A DNA stretch of 64,000 nt, from NCBI GenBank assembly GCA_035447065.1, contig DAOTGJ010000004.1:12231-76230 (forward strand). The letters run 5' to 3'. Below, piece after piece: positions 1-9,130 of this stretch. Every line of letters begins with the position of its first letter. Position 1 is the first letter of the stretch. Source of the stretch: Candidatus Krumholzibacteriia bacterium. Lineage in GTDB: Bacteria; Krumholzibacteriota; Krumholzibacteriia; LZORAL124-64-63. The position numbers were made by a program, and so were the translations under genes. Under the pieces are notes generated by a model. That model saw only the letters and a program-made list of their open reading frames with translations. It had not been told where the DNA came from and did no database searches.

Positions 1-1866
1 CTCCGGGGTCTGGAAGAGCGGCCCCACGTCCACGTCGAAGCCCAGGTCCGCGAAGGCGGTGGCGATGACCTTCTGCCCGCGGTCGTGCCCGTCCTGCCCC
101 ATCTTGGCCACGAGGATGCGCGGGCGGCGCCCCTCGCGCTCGGCGAAGGCCTCCACGCGCGCGCGCACGGCCGTCAGGTCCTGGTTCGTGTCGCCCATCT
201 CGCCGCTGTACACTCCGCTGATGGCCTGGATGGTGGCCTGGTGGCGCCCGAAGGCCGCCTCCAGGGCGTCGCTGATCTCGCCCACGGTGGCGCGGGCCCG
301 CGCCGCGTCCACGGCCAGGGCCAGCAGGTTGCCGTCGCCGCGGGCGGCGTCGGTCAAAGCGTTCAGGGCCGCCTGCACGGCGCCGGCGTCGCGCTCGGCC
401 TTCAGGGCGTGCAGCCGCGCGATCTGCGCCTCGCGCACGCGGCTGTTCTCCACCTTGAGGACCTCCAGGGGCTCCTCGTCGGCCACCACGTGCTTGTTCA
501 CGCCCACCACGGTCTGCCGCCCCGAGTCGATGCGCGCCTGCGTGCGCGCCGACGCCTCCTCGATGCGCAGCTTGGGCACCCCCGCCTCGATGGCGCGGGC
601 CATGCCCCCCATCTCCTCCACCTCGGCCAGGTGCGCCTGCGCCCGGCGCGCCAGCTCCGCGGTGAGCCTCTCCACGTACCAGCTCCCGGCCCAGGGATCC
701 ACGGTGCGGCAGGTGTCGGTCTCCTGCTGCAGGTAGAGCTGGGTGTTGCGGGCGATGCGCGCGGAGAAGTCCGTGGGCAGCGCCAGCGCCTCGTCCAGGC
801 TGTTGGTGTGCAGCGACTGGGTGTGCCCCTGGGTGGCGGCCATGGCCTCCACGCAGGTGCGCGCCACGTTGTTGTAGACGTCCTGCGCCGTGAGGCTCCA
901 GCCCGAGGTCTGGCTGTGGGTGCGCAGGGACATGCTCTTGGGATTGGTCGGCCCGAACCCCTTCACCAGCCCCGCCCACAGCAGGCGCGCGGCCCGCAGC
1001 TTGGCGATCTCCATGAACACGTTCATGCCGATGGCCCAGAAGAATGACAGCCGCGGCGCGAAGTCGTCAACGCCCAGTCCGGCGGCCGTGCCGGCGCGCA
1101 GGTACTCCACGCCGTCGGCCAGGGTGTAGGCCAGCTCCAGGTCCGCGCTCGCGCCGGCCTCCTGCATGTGGTAGCCGGAGATGCTGATGGAGTTGAAGCG
1201 CGGCATGCGCCGCGACGTGTAGGCGAAGATGTCGCCGATGATGCGCATGCTCGGCGCCGGCGGATAGATGTACGTGTTGCGGACCATGAACTCCTTGAGG
1301 ATGTCGTTCTGGATGGTCCCCGCCAGCTGCTCGGGCTTCACCCCCTGCTCCTCGGCCGCCACGATGTACAGGGCCATGACCGGCAGCACGGCGCCGTTCA
1401 TGGTCATGGACACGCTCATGCGGTCCAGGGGGATGCCGTCGAAGAGGATGCGCATGTCGGCGATGGAGTCGATGGCCACGCCGGCCATGCCCACGTCGCC
1501 CACCACGCGCGGATGGTCGGAGTCGTAGCCGCGGTGGGTGGCCAGGTCGAAGGCGATGCTCAGGCCCTTCTGCCCCGCGCGCAGGTTGCGCCGGTAGAAG
1601 GCGTTGCTCTCCTCCGCGGTGGAGAAGCCGGCGTACTGGCGCACGGTCCACGGCTGCGACGCGTACATGGTGGGGTACGGTCCGCGCAGGAACGGCGGCA
1701 GGCCGGGCAGGGTGTCCAGGTGGTCCAGGCCGGCGGCGTGCTCGGGGCCGAAGATCCGCGGCACGTCGATGCCCTCGGGCGTGGTCCACACCGCGGTGCC
1801 GGGCGTGGCGGCCGCGGCGGCGGCGCCCCGGCGGGGCACCGTGGTGAAGTCGGGATAGCTGATCAT
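1..1866 (-). CDS. mutB: methylmalonyl-CoA mutase large catalytic subunit, C-terminus cut by the window edge (gene runs off at position 1)
   Basis: My own reverse-strand translation from the ATG at 1866 gives [10 protein letters not shown]... with the ...[15 protein letters not shown]... core and the start of the B12-binding domain ([39 protein letters not shown]) at the edge. There is no in-window stop, so it is absent from the ORF track. The start overlaps the mutA stop (ATGA). Confidence 0.85.
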   Translation of the reverse strand, partial: MISYPDFTTVPRRGAAAAAATPGTAVWTTPEGIDVPRIFGPEHAAGLDHLDTLPGLPPFLRGPYPTMYASQPWTVRQYAGFSTAEESNAFYRRNLRAGQKGLSIAFDLATHRGYDSDHPRVVGDVGMAGVAIDSIADMRILFDGIPLDRMSVSMTMNGAVLPVMALYIVAAEEQGVKPEQLAGTIQNDILKEFMVRNTYIYPPAPSMRIIGDIFAYTSRRMPRFNSISISGYHMQEAGASADLELAYTLADGVEYLRAGTAAGLGVDDFAPRLSFFWAIGMNVFMEIAKLRAARLLWAGLVKGFGPTNPKSMSLRTHSQTSGWSLTAQDVYNNVARTCVEAMAATQGHTQSLHTNSLDEALALPTDFSARIARNTQLYLQQETDTCRTVDPWAGSWYVERLTAELARRAQAHLAEVEEMGGMARAIEAGVPKLRIEEASARTQARIDSGRQTVVGVNKHVVADEEPLEVLKVENSRVREAQIARLHALKAERDAGAVQAALNALTDAARGDGNLLALAVDAARARATVGEISDALEAAFGRHQATIQAISGVYSGEMGDTNQDLTAVRARVEAFAEREGRRPRILVAKMGQDGHDRGQKVIATAFADLGFDVDVGPLFQTPE

Positions 1867-3797
1867 GCCTCCACCCCCTCGGCCCGGAGCAGGCCGCGCA
1901 GGAATTCCAGGATGTCCGTGCCCAGGCGCACCTCGTGGTCCACACCGGCGGCGCGCCAGGCGTCGGCGCGGTCGCCCAGGCGGCCGGCCAGGATCACGCG
2001 CGCGGCGCCCGCGTCCTTCAGCGCGCGGGCGGCGTCCTCGCCCCAGGCCTCGTAATCGGGATCGGCGCCGCAGAGCACGGCGGTGCGGCAGCCTGCGGCG
2101 CGGGCGGCGGCGTCAACGGCGGCGGCGTCCGCGCAGGGTCCGCTAGCGATCACGTCCAGGCCGCCGGCCTCCAGCACGTTGCGCGTCCAGCCCGCGCGGG
2201 CCGTGTGCCGGGCCACCGGCCCCAGGGTGGCCAGCAGCACGCGGGGGCGCGCGCCGTGGGCGGCCAGGTGGGCGTCGGCGGCGTCGCGCAGGGCCTCGAA
2301 GGGCGCGGCGGTGCGGCGTTCAGGCAACGGTTCCGCGGCGTCGGGTCGCGCGGCCTCCCGCGCCAGGCTGCCGGGCGCGCCCCAGCGCGCCGCGATGGCC
2401 GCGAGGTCGGGCGTCGGCCGCTCCGGCAGCGTCTCGGCCAGGTTGGGGAACTCGCTCACGCCGATGACCGGGTCGCGGCGCACGGCCAGACGCTTCCGGC
2501 GCTCCTGCCAGGTCTCGTCCACGCGCGCCTGCAGCCAGCCCGTGCGCACGGCCGCGGCCAGGCCGCCCTGGGCCTCGATGGCCTGGAAGAAGGCCCAGCC
2601 CGCCTCGGCCAGCTCGTCGGTCAAGGATTCCAGGAACCAGCTCCCGCCCGCCGGGTCCGCCACCCAGTCCAGATGGCACTCCTCGCGCAGGATGATGGGC
2701 ACGTTGCGGGCGATGCGCCGCGCGAAGGCGTCCGACGGCCCCAGCAGATGATCGAACGGCGTGACCGTCACGATGTCCGCGCCGCCGCAGGCCGCCGCGA
2801 AGGCGCCGGCGGTGGCGCGCAGCATGTTCACCCAGGGGTCGCGCACGCTGAACATGCGGAGGGACGTGCGGGCGTGCAGGGTCATGGCGCCGTCGGCGGG
2901 CGCGCCGCCGCTGGCCTCGATCAGCCGCGCCCACAGGCTGCGCGCGGCGCGCAGCTTGGCCAGGTCCAGGAAGAAGGTGCCGCCGGTGCTGAAGCAGAAC
3001 TGGAGCTGACGGGCGGCGTCGCCCAGGCCCAGGCCGGCGTCGGTCAGGGCCCGCAGGTAGGTCAGGCCCACGGCCAGGGCCAGGCCCAGCTCCTGGTCCG
3101 CGCCCGCGCCCGCGTTGTGGGCGGGGCAGGTGCTGACCTTGGCGGCGGTCATGCCCGGGCCCGCCGCGTGGCAGCGCGCCCCCAGGGCGCCCAGCTCCGC
3201 GAGCAGGGTCTCCAGGGGCACGGGCAGGCGGCCCTTGGCCAGCAGCGGCGTGATCGGGTCGGCCAGGTAGGAGCCGCGCGCCGCGGCGGGGTCCAGGCCG
3301 CGCGTGCGCCACACCTCCTCCAGGATCTCCGGCAGCCGGGCGAAGAACGGCCCGGCCTCCACGGCCACGGGCACCGCGCGCAGGTCCACGTCGGCCAGGC
3401 ACTCGCCCAGGGCCGCGGCCGTGGGCGCGATCACGCCCTTCAGACCCGACGGGTCCAGGCGCAGGATGAGCCCCTCGGCGCCGCCGGCGATCTCCTCGCG
3501 GGCGGCGGCGCGCACCGCGGCCGGATCGGGATGCAGCAGGTCCTGGCGGATCTCCCAGCCCGGCGCCTCCCCGCGCGGCAACGCGGCGCCGCGGGTGAAG
3601 GGCGCCGTGCCCGGCGGCGGCGGCGCGGCGTGGGCGTCGGCGGCCGTGTACAGGGGCCGGTAGGTGGCGCCCTCGCAGGTGGGCGTGGCCAGGCCGTCCA
3701 CGGGGCGGCCCTGGAGGCTCGCCTCGGCCACGGCGCGCCACTGCTCCAGGGAGGGGGACGGGAAGGCGTCGGTCAGACGGAATTCCAGGTCGCTCAT
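1863..3797 (-). CDS. mutA: methylmalonyl-CoA mutase small (beta) subunit
   Basis: The 644-aa ORF has MCM-like blocks (..[15 protein letters not shown].., [13 protein letters not shown]) and a C-terminal B12-binding-like domain. It is translationally coupled to mutB. Confidence 0.75.
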   Translation of the reverse strand: MSDLEFRLTDAFPSPSLEQWRAVAEASLQGRPVDGLATPTCEGATYRPLYTAADAHAAPPPPGTAPFTRGAALPRGEAPGWEIRQDLLHPDPAAVRAAAREEIAGGAEGLILRLDPSGLKGVIAPTAAALGECLADVDLRAVPVAVEAGPFFARLPEILEEVWRTRGLDPAAARGSYLADPITPLLAKGRLPVPLETLLAELGALGARCHAAGPGMTAAKVSTCPAHNAGAGADQELGLALAVGLTYLRALTDAGLGLGDAARQLQFCFSTGGTFFLDLAKLRAARSLWARLIEASGGAPADGAMTLHARTSLRMFSVRDPWVNMLRATAGAFAAACGGADIVTVTPFDHLLGPSDAFARRIARNVPIILREECHLDWVADPAGGSWFLESLTDELAEAGWAFFQAIEAQGGLAAAVRTGWLQARVDETWQERRKRLAVRRDPVIGVSEFPNLAETLPERPTPDLAAIAARWGAPGSLAREAARPDAAEPLPERRTAAPFEALRDAADAHLAAHGARPRVLLATLGPVARHTARAGWTRNVLEAGGLDVIASGPCADAAAVDAAARAAGCRTAVLCGADPDYEAWGEDAARALKDAGAARVILAGRLGDRADAWRAAGVDHEVRLGTDILEFLRGLLRAEGVEA

Positions 3798-3897
3798 GGG
3801 GTTCGGCTCCCGTTGCGGTCTCTCGAGGGACGCCCGTGCGGCGGCGTCCGGGGCGGCCCGCCAACAGTAGGCAGGTAGCTGTTAATTTCCAAACATT

Positions 3898-5328
3898 TCA
3901 TGGCGATGGAGGCCCGCCACGGGTCAGGATCCGCGTCACGGCCGCGCGGACCGCCGCCGGATCGGCGCGGCCGTCGACGCGGGCCAGCACCCGCCCCACG
4001 AACCATCCCAGCAGGGCGGCCTTCCCCCCATGGTAAGCGGAGACCTGGGCGGGCGTCTCTGCCAAAACCGCGGCGGCCAGCGCTTCCAGGTCCGCGCCGG
4101 CCACCGCCACGGTCAGGCCGTGGGCGGCAGCCACCGCAAGCGGGTCGCGGGGATCGTCCACCAGCAGGGGCAGCAGGGCGCGGGCCTGGGGCGGGGCCAC
4201 GCGGCCGACGGCCTCCAGCCGCAGAAGGCGGGCCAGGCGCACGGCGCCCGGCACGACGGCGGCGCCGCGTTCGCGGGCCAGGGCCGCCACCGGTCCGGCG
4301 CACCAGCGGGCGGCCGCGCGAGCGTCGCCGGCGTAACGGGCCAGGGCTTCGAAGCGGTCGCAGGCCGCGCGGTCCGCGGTCACGGCGCGCAGCAGCTCGG
4401 GCTCCAGGCCGTGGAGCCGCGCCAGCCGCCGCGCCCGCACGCCGGGCAGCTCCGGCAGCGCGCGTCGGGCCAGCTCCGCGGCGGCGTCCAGGCCGGTCAG
4501 GGGCGGCAGGTCCGGATCTTCCAGGAAGCGGTAGTCGGCGGCGGTCTCCTTGGCGCGCAGGGGTTCGGTGCGGCGGGCCTCGGCGTTCCAGGCGCGGGTC
4601 TCCGGAACGGACGCCAAGCCGTCGGCCAGCCGGGCGTGCAACCGCGCGCGCTCGAACTCCAGGGCCCGGGCCACGCCGCGCGCCGTGTTCAGGTTCTTCA
4701 GCTCCACGCGGGGACCGGGCGCGCCGTCGGGTCCGCGCAGGGAGATGTTGGCGTCGCAGCGCAGGTCGCCGTCCTCCATGCGCGCCTCGCTCACGTCCAG
4801 CCAGCGCAGCAGGCGGCGCAGGGCGCGCAGCACCTGGTACGCCTCCTCCCCCGTGCGCAGCTCCGGCGCGGTGACGATCTCCGCCAGGGGCGCGCCGGCG
4901 CGGTTGAGATCCACGCTCACGCGGCCGTCGTGGACGCTGCGGCTGCGGCCGGCGTCTTCCTCCAGGTGGATCCCCTGCAGGGTCAGGCGACCCGGCGCGA
5001 GGTCGTCGCCGAACTCCAGCAGGCCGCCGCGGGCCAGGGGCCGGGCCTGCTGGGTGATCTGGTAGTTCCGGGGCAGGTCCGGGTAGAGGTACTGCTTGCG
5101 CGCGAAGCTGCTGTCCGGCGCCACCGTGCAGCCCAGGGCCGCGGCCAGCCGCAGGCCCTGGCGCACGGCGGCGGCGTTGGGCGCGGGCAGGGCACCGGGC
5201 AGGCCGGCGCACACGGGGCATACGTGCGTGTTGGGCGCGGCGGCGGGGTCCACCCGGCAGCCGCAGAACAGCTTGGTGCGCGTGGCCAGGCGCACGTGGA
5301 GCTCCAGGCCGATCAGCGCCTCCGCCAC
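3898..5328 (-). CDS. gatB: Asp-tRNA(Asn)/Glu-tRNA(Gln) amidotransferase subunit B
   Basis: The N-terminus IGLELHVRLATRTKLFCGC is the GatB signature, and the C-terminal GatB/YqeY domain is present. Confidence 0.9.
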   Translation of the reverse strand: MAEALIGLELHVRLATRTKLFCGCRVDPAAAPNTHVCPVCAGLPGALPAPNAAAVRQGLRLAAALGCTVAPDSSFARKQYLYPDLPRNYQITQQARPLARGGLLEFGDDLAPGRLTLQGIHLEEDAGRSRSVHDGRVSVDLNRAGAPLAEIVTAPELRTGEEAYQVLRALRRLLRWLDVSEARMEDGDLRCDANISLRGPDGAPGPRVELKNLNTARGVARALEFERARLHARLADGLASVPETRAWNAEARRTEPLRAKETAADYRFLEDPDLPPLTGLDAAAELARRALPELPGVRARRLARLHGLEPELLRAVTADRAACDRFEALARYAGDARAAARWCAGPVAALARERGAAVVPGAVRLARLLRLEAVGRVAPPQARALLPLLVDDPRDPLAVAAAHGLTVAVAGADLEALAAAVLAETPAQVSAYHGGKAALLGWFVGRVLARVDGRADPAAVRAAVTRILTRGGPPSP

Positions 5329-6752
5329 GGCGACTCCTTCCGCCGGGCGTCGAAGTCCGCGCCGCGTTCCAGGGCCGCGCCCAGGGTCAGCAGCGCCCCT
5401 TCGCCGTCGTCGCGGCCGATGAGCTGCGCGCTCAGAGGCAGGCCCGCCGCGGTCAGCGTGGTGGGCACGGTCAAGGCCGGCAGGCCGGCCAGGCTGGCGG
5501 GCACGGTGAAGCGGTCGGCGTCGCGCATGGCCACGGGATCTCCGGTACGCTCGCCGCGGCGGAAGGCCGGGCCCGCGGCGGTGGGCAGCAGCAGGACGTG
5601 ACGGTCGTGGAGGAGGTCGCGCAGCTCGCGGTGGATCAGCGCGCGGGCGCGGGCGGCGCGGCCCGCCCAGCGGTCGGCGTGGCCGGCGCGCAGCACGTGG
5701 GCGGCGGTGAGCAGGCGAAGGCGGACCTCCGCGCCGAAGCCGGCGGTGCGGGCGGCGGCGGCCGCGGCGGCATGATCTCCCCCGAACGCGCGGGGGCCCA
5801 GATGGCCGCCGTCGTATCTGGCCAGGTCGGCGCCGGCCTCGGCGCTCGCCAGGATCGTGTAGGCGGCCAGGGCCAGATCCGTGTCGGGCAGGTCCACCGG
5901 GTCCAGGACCGCGCCGGCGTCGGCCAGGATGGATCGGCAGCGGGCCTGGTCCGCCAGCGTGTCCGCATCGGCCCAGCGCTCCAGACCGCGCACCCAGCCC
6001 ACGCGCAGGCCGCGGCAGACGCGGCGGGTGGCGGCCACGGGGTCAGGCTCGGCCAGGTCGGTGCTCGTGGCGTCGCCGGCGTCGCGGCCGGCCACGTGGG
6101 CCAGCACGGCGGCGGCATCGGCCACCGAGCGCGTCAGCACGCCCACGCGGTCCAGGGAGGTGGCGTGGGGCACCAGGCCGCGGCGCGACACGCGTCCGTA
6201 GCCGGCGATCAGACCCGTCACGCCGCAGCAGTGGGCGGGATGGCGCACGCTGCCGCCCGTGTCGCTGCCCAGGGCGAAGCCCGCAAGGCCCGCCGCCACC
6301 GCCGCCGCGGCGCCGCCGCTGGAGCCGCCGGGCACGTGGTCGGGATGCCAGGGGTTGCGCGTGGCCAGGCCCCAGGCGTGCTCGGTGCTGGAGCCCATGG
6401 CGAACTCGTCCAGGTTCAGGGTGCCCAGGAGCACGGCGCCGGCGGCGCGCAGGCGGGCCACGGCGGCGGCGTCGGCGGGCGGCACCCAGCCGGCGAGCAG
6501 GCGCGACGCGCAGTCGGCGGGCGCGCCCCGGGCCCAGAGGTTGGCCTTGATGCCGTAAGGGATGCCCCACAGGGGCGACGGCCCGGGCGGGCCCGCGGGG
6601 GGCGCGGCCAGTTCCAGCCAGCGATAGCAGCCCAGATCGCCGTCCAGGTCGGCGATGCGCTCGCGGGCCGCCCGCAGGAGGTCCGCCGCGGTGAGTCCGC
6701 CATCGCGCAGGCGCGCGGCCGCCTCCAGCACGTCCAGGTCCGCGACGCTCAC
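5313..6752 (-). CDS. gatA: Glu-tRNA(Gln) amidotransferase subunit A (amidase family)
   Basis: Amidase signature (GGSSGGAAAAVAAG, GSDTGGSVRHPA). It lies between gatC and gatB with a 4-nt overlap with gatC. Confidence 0.9.
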   Translation of the reverse strand: MSVADLDVLEAAARLRDGGLTAADLLRAARERIADLDGDLGCYRWLELAAPPAGPPGPSPLWGIPYGIKANLWARGAPADCASRLLAGWVPPADAAAVARLRAAGAVLLGTLNLDEFAMGSSTEHAWGLATRNPWHPDHVPGGSSGGAAAAVAAGLAGFALGSDTGGSVRHPAHCCGVTGLIAGYGRVSRRGLVPHATSLDRVGVLTRSVADAAAVLAHVAGRDAGDATSTDLAEPDPVAATRRVCRGLRVGWVRGLERWADADTLADQARCRSILADAGAVLDPVDLPDTDLALAAYTILASAEAGADLARYDGGHLGPRAFGGDHAAAAAAARTAGFGAEVRLRLLTAAHVLRAGHADRWAGRAARARALIHRELRDLLHDRHVLLLPTAAGPAFRRGERTGDPVAMRDADRFTVPASLAGLPALTVPTTLTAAGLPLSAQLIGRDDGEGALLTLGAALERGADFDARRKESPWRRR

Positions 6753-7054
6753 GACGCCTCCTCCCCCGGTCGCGGCGCGGGCAGGTCCAGGCCGCCGTCG
6801 GGCGCGCGGGGACAGGCCGAGGGGAAGGGATCGGGGCCGGGAGCGGCAGGCTCGTCGTCACGCAGCGGGCAGGCCGTGGGACCGAGCCGCCACACGGGCT
6901 CCACGCCCTCCAGGTCCGCCTCCTGGAGCGCCGTCACCGCGGCCAGCACGCGCTCCAGGCTCGCGCCCAGAGCGTCGCGATCGGCCGCGTCGGGATCCAG
7001 GGCGGCCAACCGCGACAGGGCGGCGAGGTCCTCGGGGGTCAGGCGTTCGGCCAC
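6749..7054 (-). CDS. gatC: Asp/Glu-tRNA amidotransferase subunit C
   Basis: 101 aa, starting MAERLTPEDLAALSRLAALD..., in the gatCAB operon context. Confidence 0.8.
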   Translation of the reverse strand: MAERLTPEDLAALSRLAALDPDAADRDALGASLERVLAAVTALQEADLEGVEPVWRLGPTACPLRDDEPAAPGPDPFPSACPRAPDGGLDLPAPRPGEEAS

Positions 7055-7171
7055 GGCGTCTCCCGGCTGCGGGTCGCGGGCTCGCCTTGGGGGCGGCGGC
7101 CCTTTGGCGTATCATGACCCAAGCGCCGCCGCCTGCCAAGGGCGGCGCCCTCCCCTGCGGAAAGGAACCGC

Positions 7172-9121
7172 GTGCGTCTGCTTGGGATCGCCCTGCTGCT
7201 GCTGTCGACGCAAGCCTTGGCGCTGCCGCCGGCGCCGCCGTGCAAGCATGGGCTGAAGGCCCTGGCCGCGGACGACGGCGACGGCGACCGCGGCTTCGAC
7301 GTGCTGGCCTACGATCTGGATCTGAGCCTGGATCCCGCCGCCGCCCGCGTGGGCGGCACGGTGTCCGCATCGATCCGCCTGACCGACGCCGCCCTGGACT
7401 CCGTGCGCCTGGACCTGGTGCCGGAGCTGACCGTGAACGCCCTGACCTGGAACGGCGCGGCGGTCCCCTTCCGCCACGACGGCGAGCGCCTGGCCGTGCC
7501 CGTGCCCGCCGGGACCGCGGCGGCCTGCTCCCTGGCGGTCACCTACGGCGGCCGTCCGCCCCGCCACGGCGAGCTCTTCCTGGGGCTGGTCTTCCGCGAC
7601 CGCGGCACCTCCGCGGCGGATCCGCGCGGGCCCATCGTCTTCAACGTGAGCCAGCCCAGCAGCAGCCGCGCCTGGTGGCCGTGCAAGGACCACCCCGGCG
7701 ACAAGGCCCTGATGACCCTGCGCCTGACCGTGCCGGACACCCTGCGCGCGGTGGCCAACGGATACCAGGTGTCGGACACCGTCCTGGGCGACGGCCGCCG
7801 CACCACCGTCTGGCGCTCCGACTACCCCATGCCGCCGTACCTGGTGGGCGTGGCCGTGTCGGAGTTCGTGGAGACCGAGGAGGAATGCGCGGGCGTGGAC
7901 GGGCCCGTGGAGCTCACCTACCACCTCTGGCCGGAGCACGCCGACGCCGGCGCCGTCTTCTACCAGCCCACCTGCGCCATGCTGCAGTGGCTGGAGGAGC
8001 TGGCCGGCCCCTGGCCCTTCGCGGGCGAGCGCTACGGGCAGATGTCCGTGAAGTTCGGCGGGGCCATGGAGCACCAGACGTCCACCAGCTTCGGCGCGGG
8101 CATGATCGCGGAGGACGGGCGCTTCCGCGGCGTCATCGTGCACGAGCTGGCGCACCAGTGGTTCGGCGACCTGATGACGCCCGCGGAATGGTCGGACATC
8201 TGGCTCAACGAGGGCTTCGCCCGCTACTGCGAGGCCCTGTGGACCGAGCGCACCGAAGGCCGCGCCGCCTACCGGGCGTACCTGGACCTCATCGGGCCCC
8301 AGGGGCATCCGGACCTCTTCACGGCCGAGCGGCCGCTGAACGATCCCTCGCCCATCCTCTCGCTGCTGGTCTACGACAAGGGCGCCTGGGTGCTGCACAT
8401 GCTGCGCGGCGAGCTGGGCGACGCGCGTTTCTTCGAGTTCCTGCGAGACTACGCCGGCAGCACCGGCGGCGCGCCCGGCCACGTGACCGGCGCCGACGTT
8501 GTGGCCGCGGCCTCGCGCGCCGCGGGTCGCGACCTGAGCGGCTGGTTCCGGCCCTGGCTGGAGACCACGGCCGTGCCGGAGCTGGGCTGGAGCTGGCGCG
8601 CGGAGGCGGGCGCCGACGGCCCGCGCGGCGTGCTGCGGCTGGAGCAGCGGCAGGCGGAGCTCTTCGACCTGCGCGTGCCCGTGACCGTGGTGGCCGGCGG
8701 CGACAGCCTGCGCCTGCACGTGCGCCTGGACGGCCCCGCGGCCGAGGTGGACGTGCCCTGGACCGCGGCCCCGGACACGGTGCTGATCGATCCCGACGCG
8801 AGCCTGCTGCGCACCACGGCGGCCCTGCCCCCGCCTGCGCTCACCCTCGCGGCGCCGCACCCCAACCCGTCCGCGGGCGGCGACGTGGAGCTGCGCTACG
8901 TGGTGCGCCGCGCCGGGCCGGTGACCCTGGAGCTGCACGACGCCCGCGGCCGTCGCCTGGCGCGATGGGATCTGGGGGAGCATGCGGCCGCGGACGAGGC
9001 CGCGGCGTGGCACTGGAACGGCCGCGACGCCGAGGGCCGCCGCCTGCCCGCGGGCACCTACTGGTTCGCCCTGAGCGCCGGCGGCGCGCGTGCCGTGGAG
9101 AAGGTGGTGCTGCTGCGCTGA
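7172..9121 (+). CDS. secreted M1-family zinc aminopeptidase (aminopeptidase N-like) with a C-terminal FlgD-Ig/T9SS-type sorting-like domain
   Basis: Signal peptide MRLLGIALLLLSTQALA, GAMEH exopeptidase motif, HELAHQWFGD...WLNEGFA zinc site. The C-terminal ~90 aa (..HPNPSAGGDVELRYVV..LELHDARGRRLARWDLG..WNGRDAEGRRLPAGTYWF..) resemble a FlgD Ig-like or Por secretion tail. GTG start with AAAGGAA RBS. Confidence 0.85.
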   Translation: MRLLGIALLLLSTQALALPPAPPCKHGLKALAADDGDGDRGFDVLAYDLDLSLDPAAARVGGTVSASIRLTDAALDSVRLDLVPELTVNALTWNGAAVPFRHDGERLAVPVPAGTAAACSLAVTYGGRPPRHGELFLGLVFRDRGTSAADPRGPIVFNVSQPSSSRAWWPCKDHPGDKALMTLRLTVPDTLRAVANGYQVSDTVLGDGRRTTVWRSDYPMPPYLVGVAVSEFVETEEECAGVDGPVELTYHLWPEHADAGAVFYQPTCAMLQWLEELAGPWPFAGERYGQMSVKFGGAMEHQTSTSFGAGMIAEDGRFRGVIVHELAHQWFGDLMTPAEWSDIWLNEGFARYCEALWTERTEGRAAYRAYLDLIGPQGHPDLFTAERPLNDPSPILSLLVYDKGAWVLHMLRGELGDARFFEFLRDYAGSTGGAPGHVTGADVVAAASRAAGRDLSGWFRPWLETTAVPELGWSWRAEAGADGPRGVLRLEQRQAELFDLRVPVTVVAGGDSLRLHVRLDGPAAEVDVPWTAAPDTVLIDPDASLLRTTAALPPPALTLAAPHPNPSAGGDVELRYVVRRAGPVTLELHDARGRRLARWDLGEHAAADEAAAWHWNGRDAEGRRLPAGTYWFALSAGGARAVEKVVLLR

Positions 9122-9130
9122 GCGGCGCCG

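Noticed and set aside
59-1047. Plus-strand ORFs 59..736 and 85..1047
   Set aside because: Antisense to the truncated mutB gene, whose minus-strand translation is unmistakably MCM large subunit.
3794-5221. 475-aa minus-strand ORF, and the 324-aa plus-strand ORF 3900..4874
   Set aside because: Off-frame or antisense relative to gatB. Extreme Arg/Pro/Gly content.
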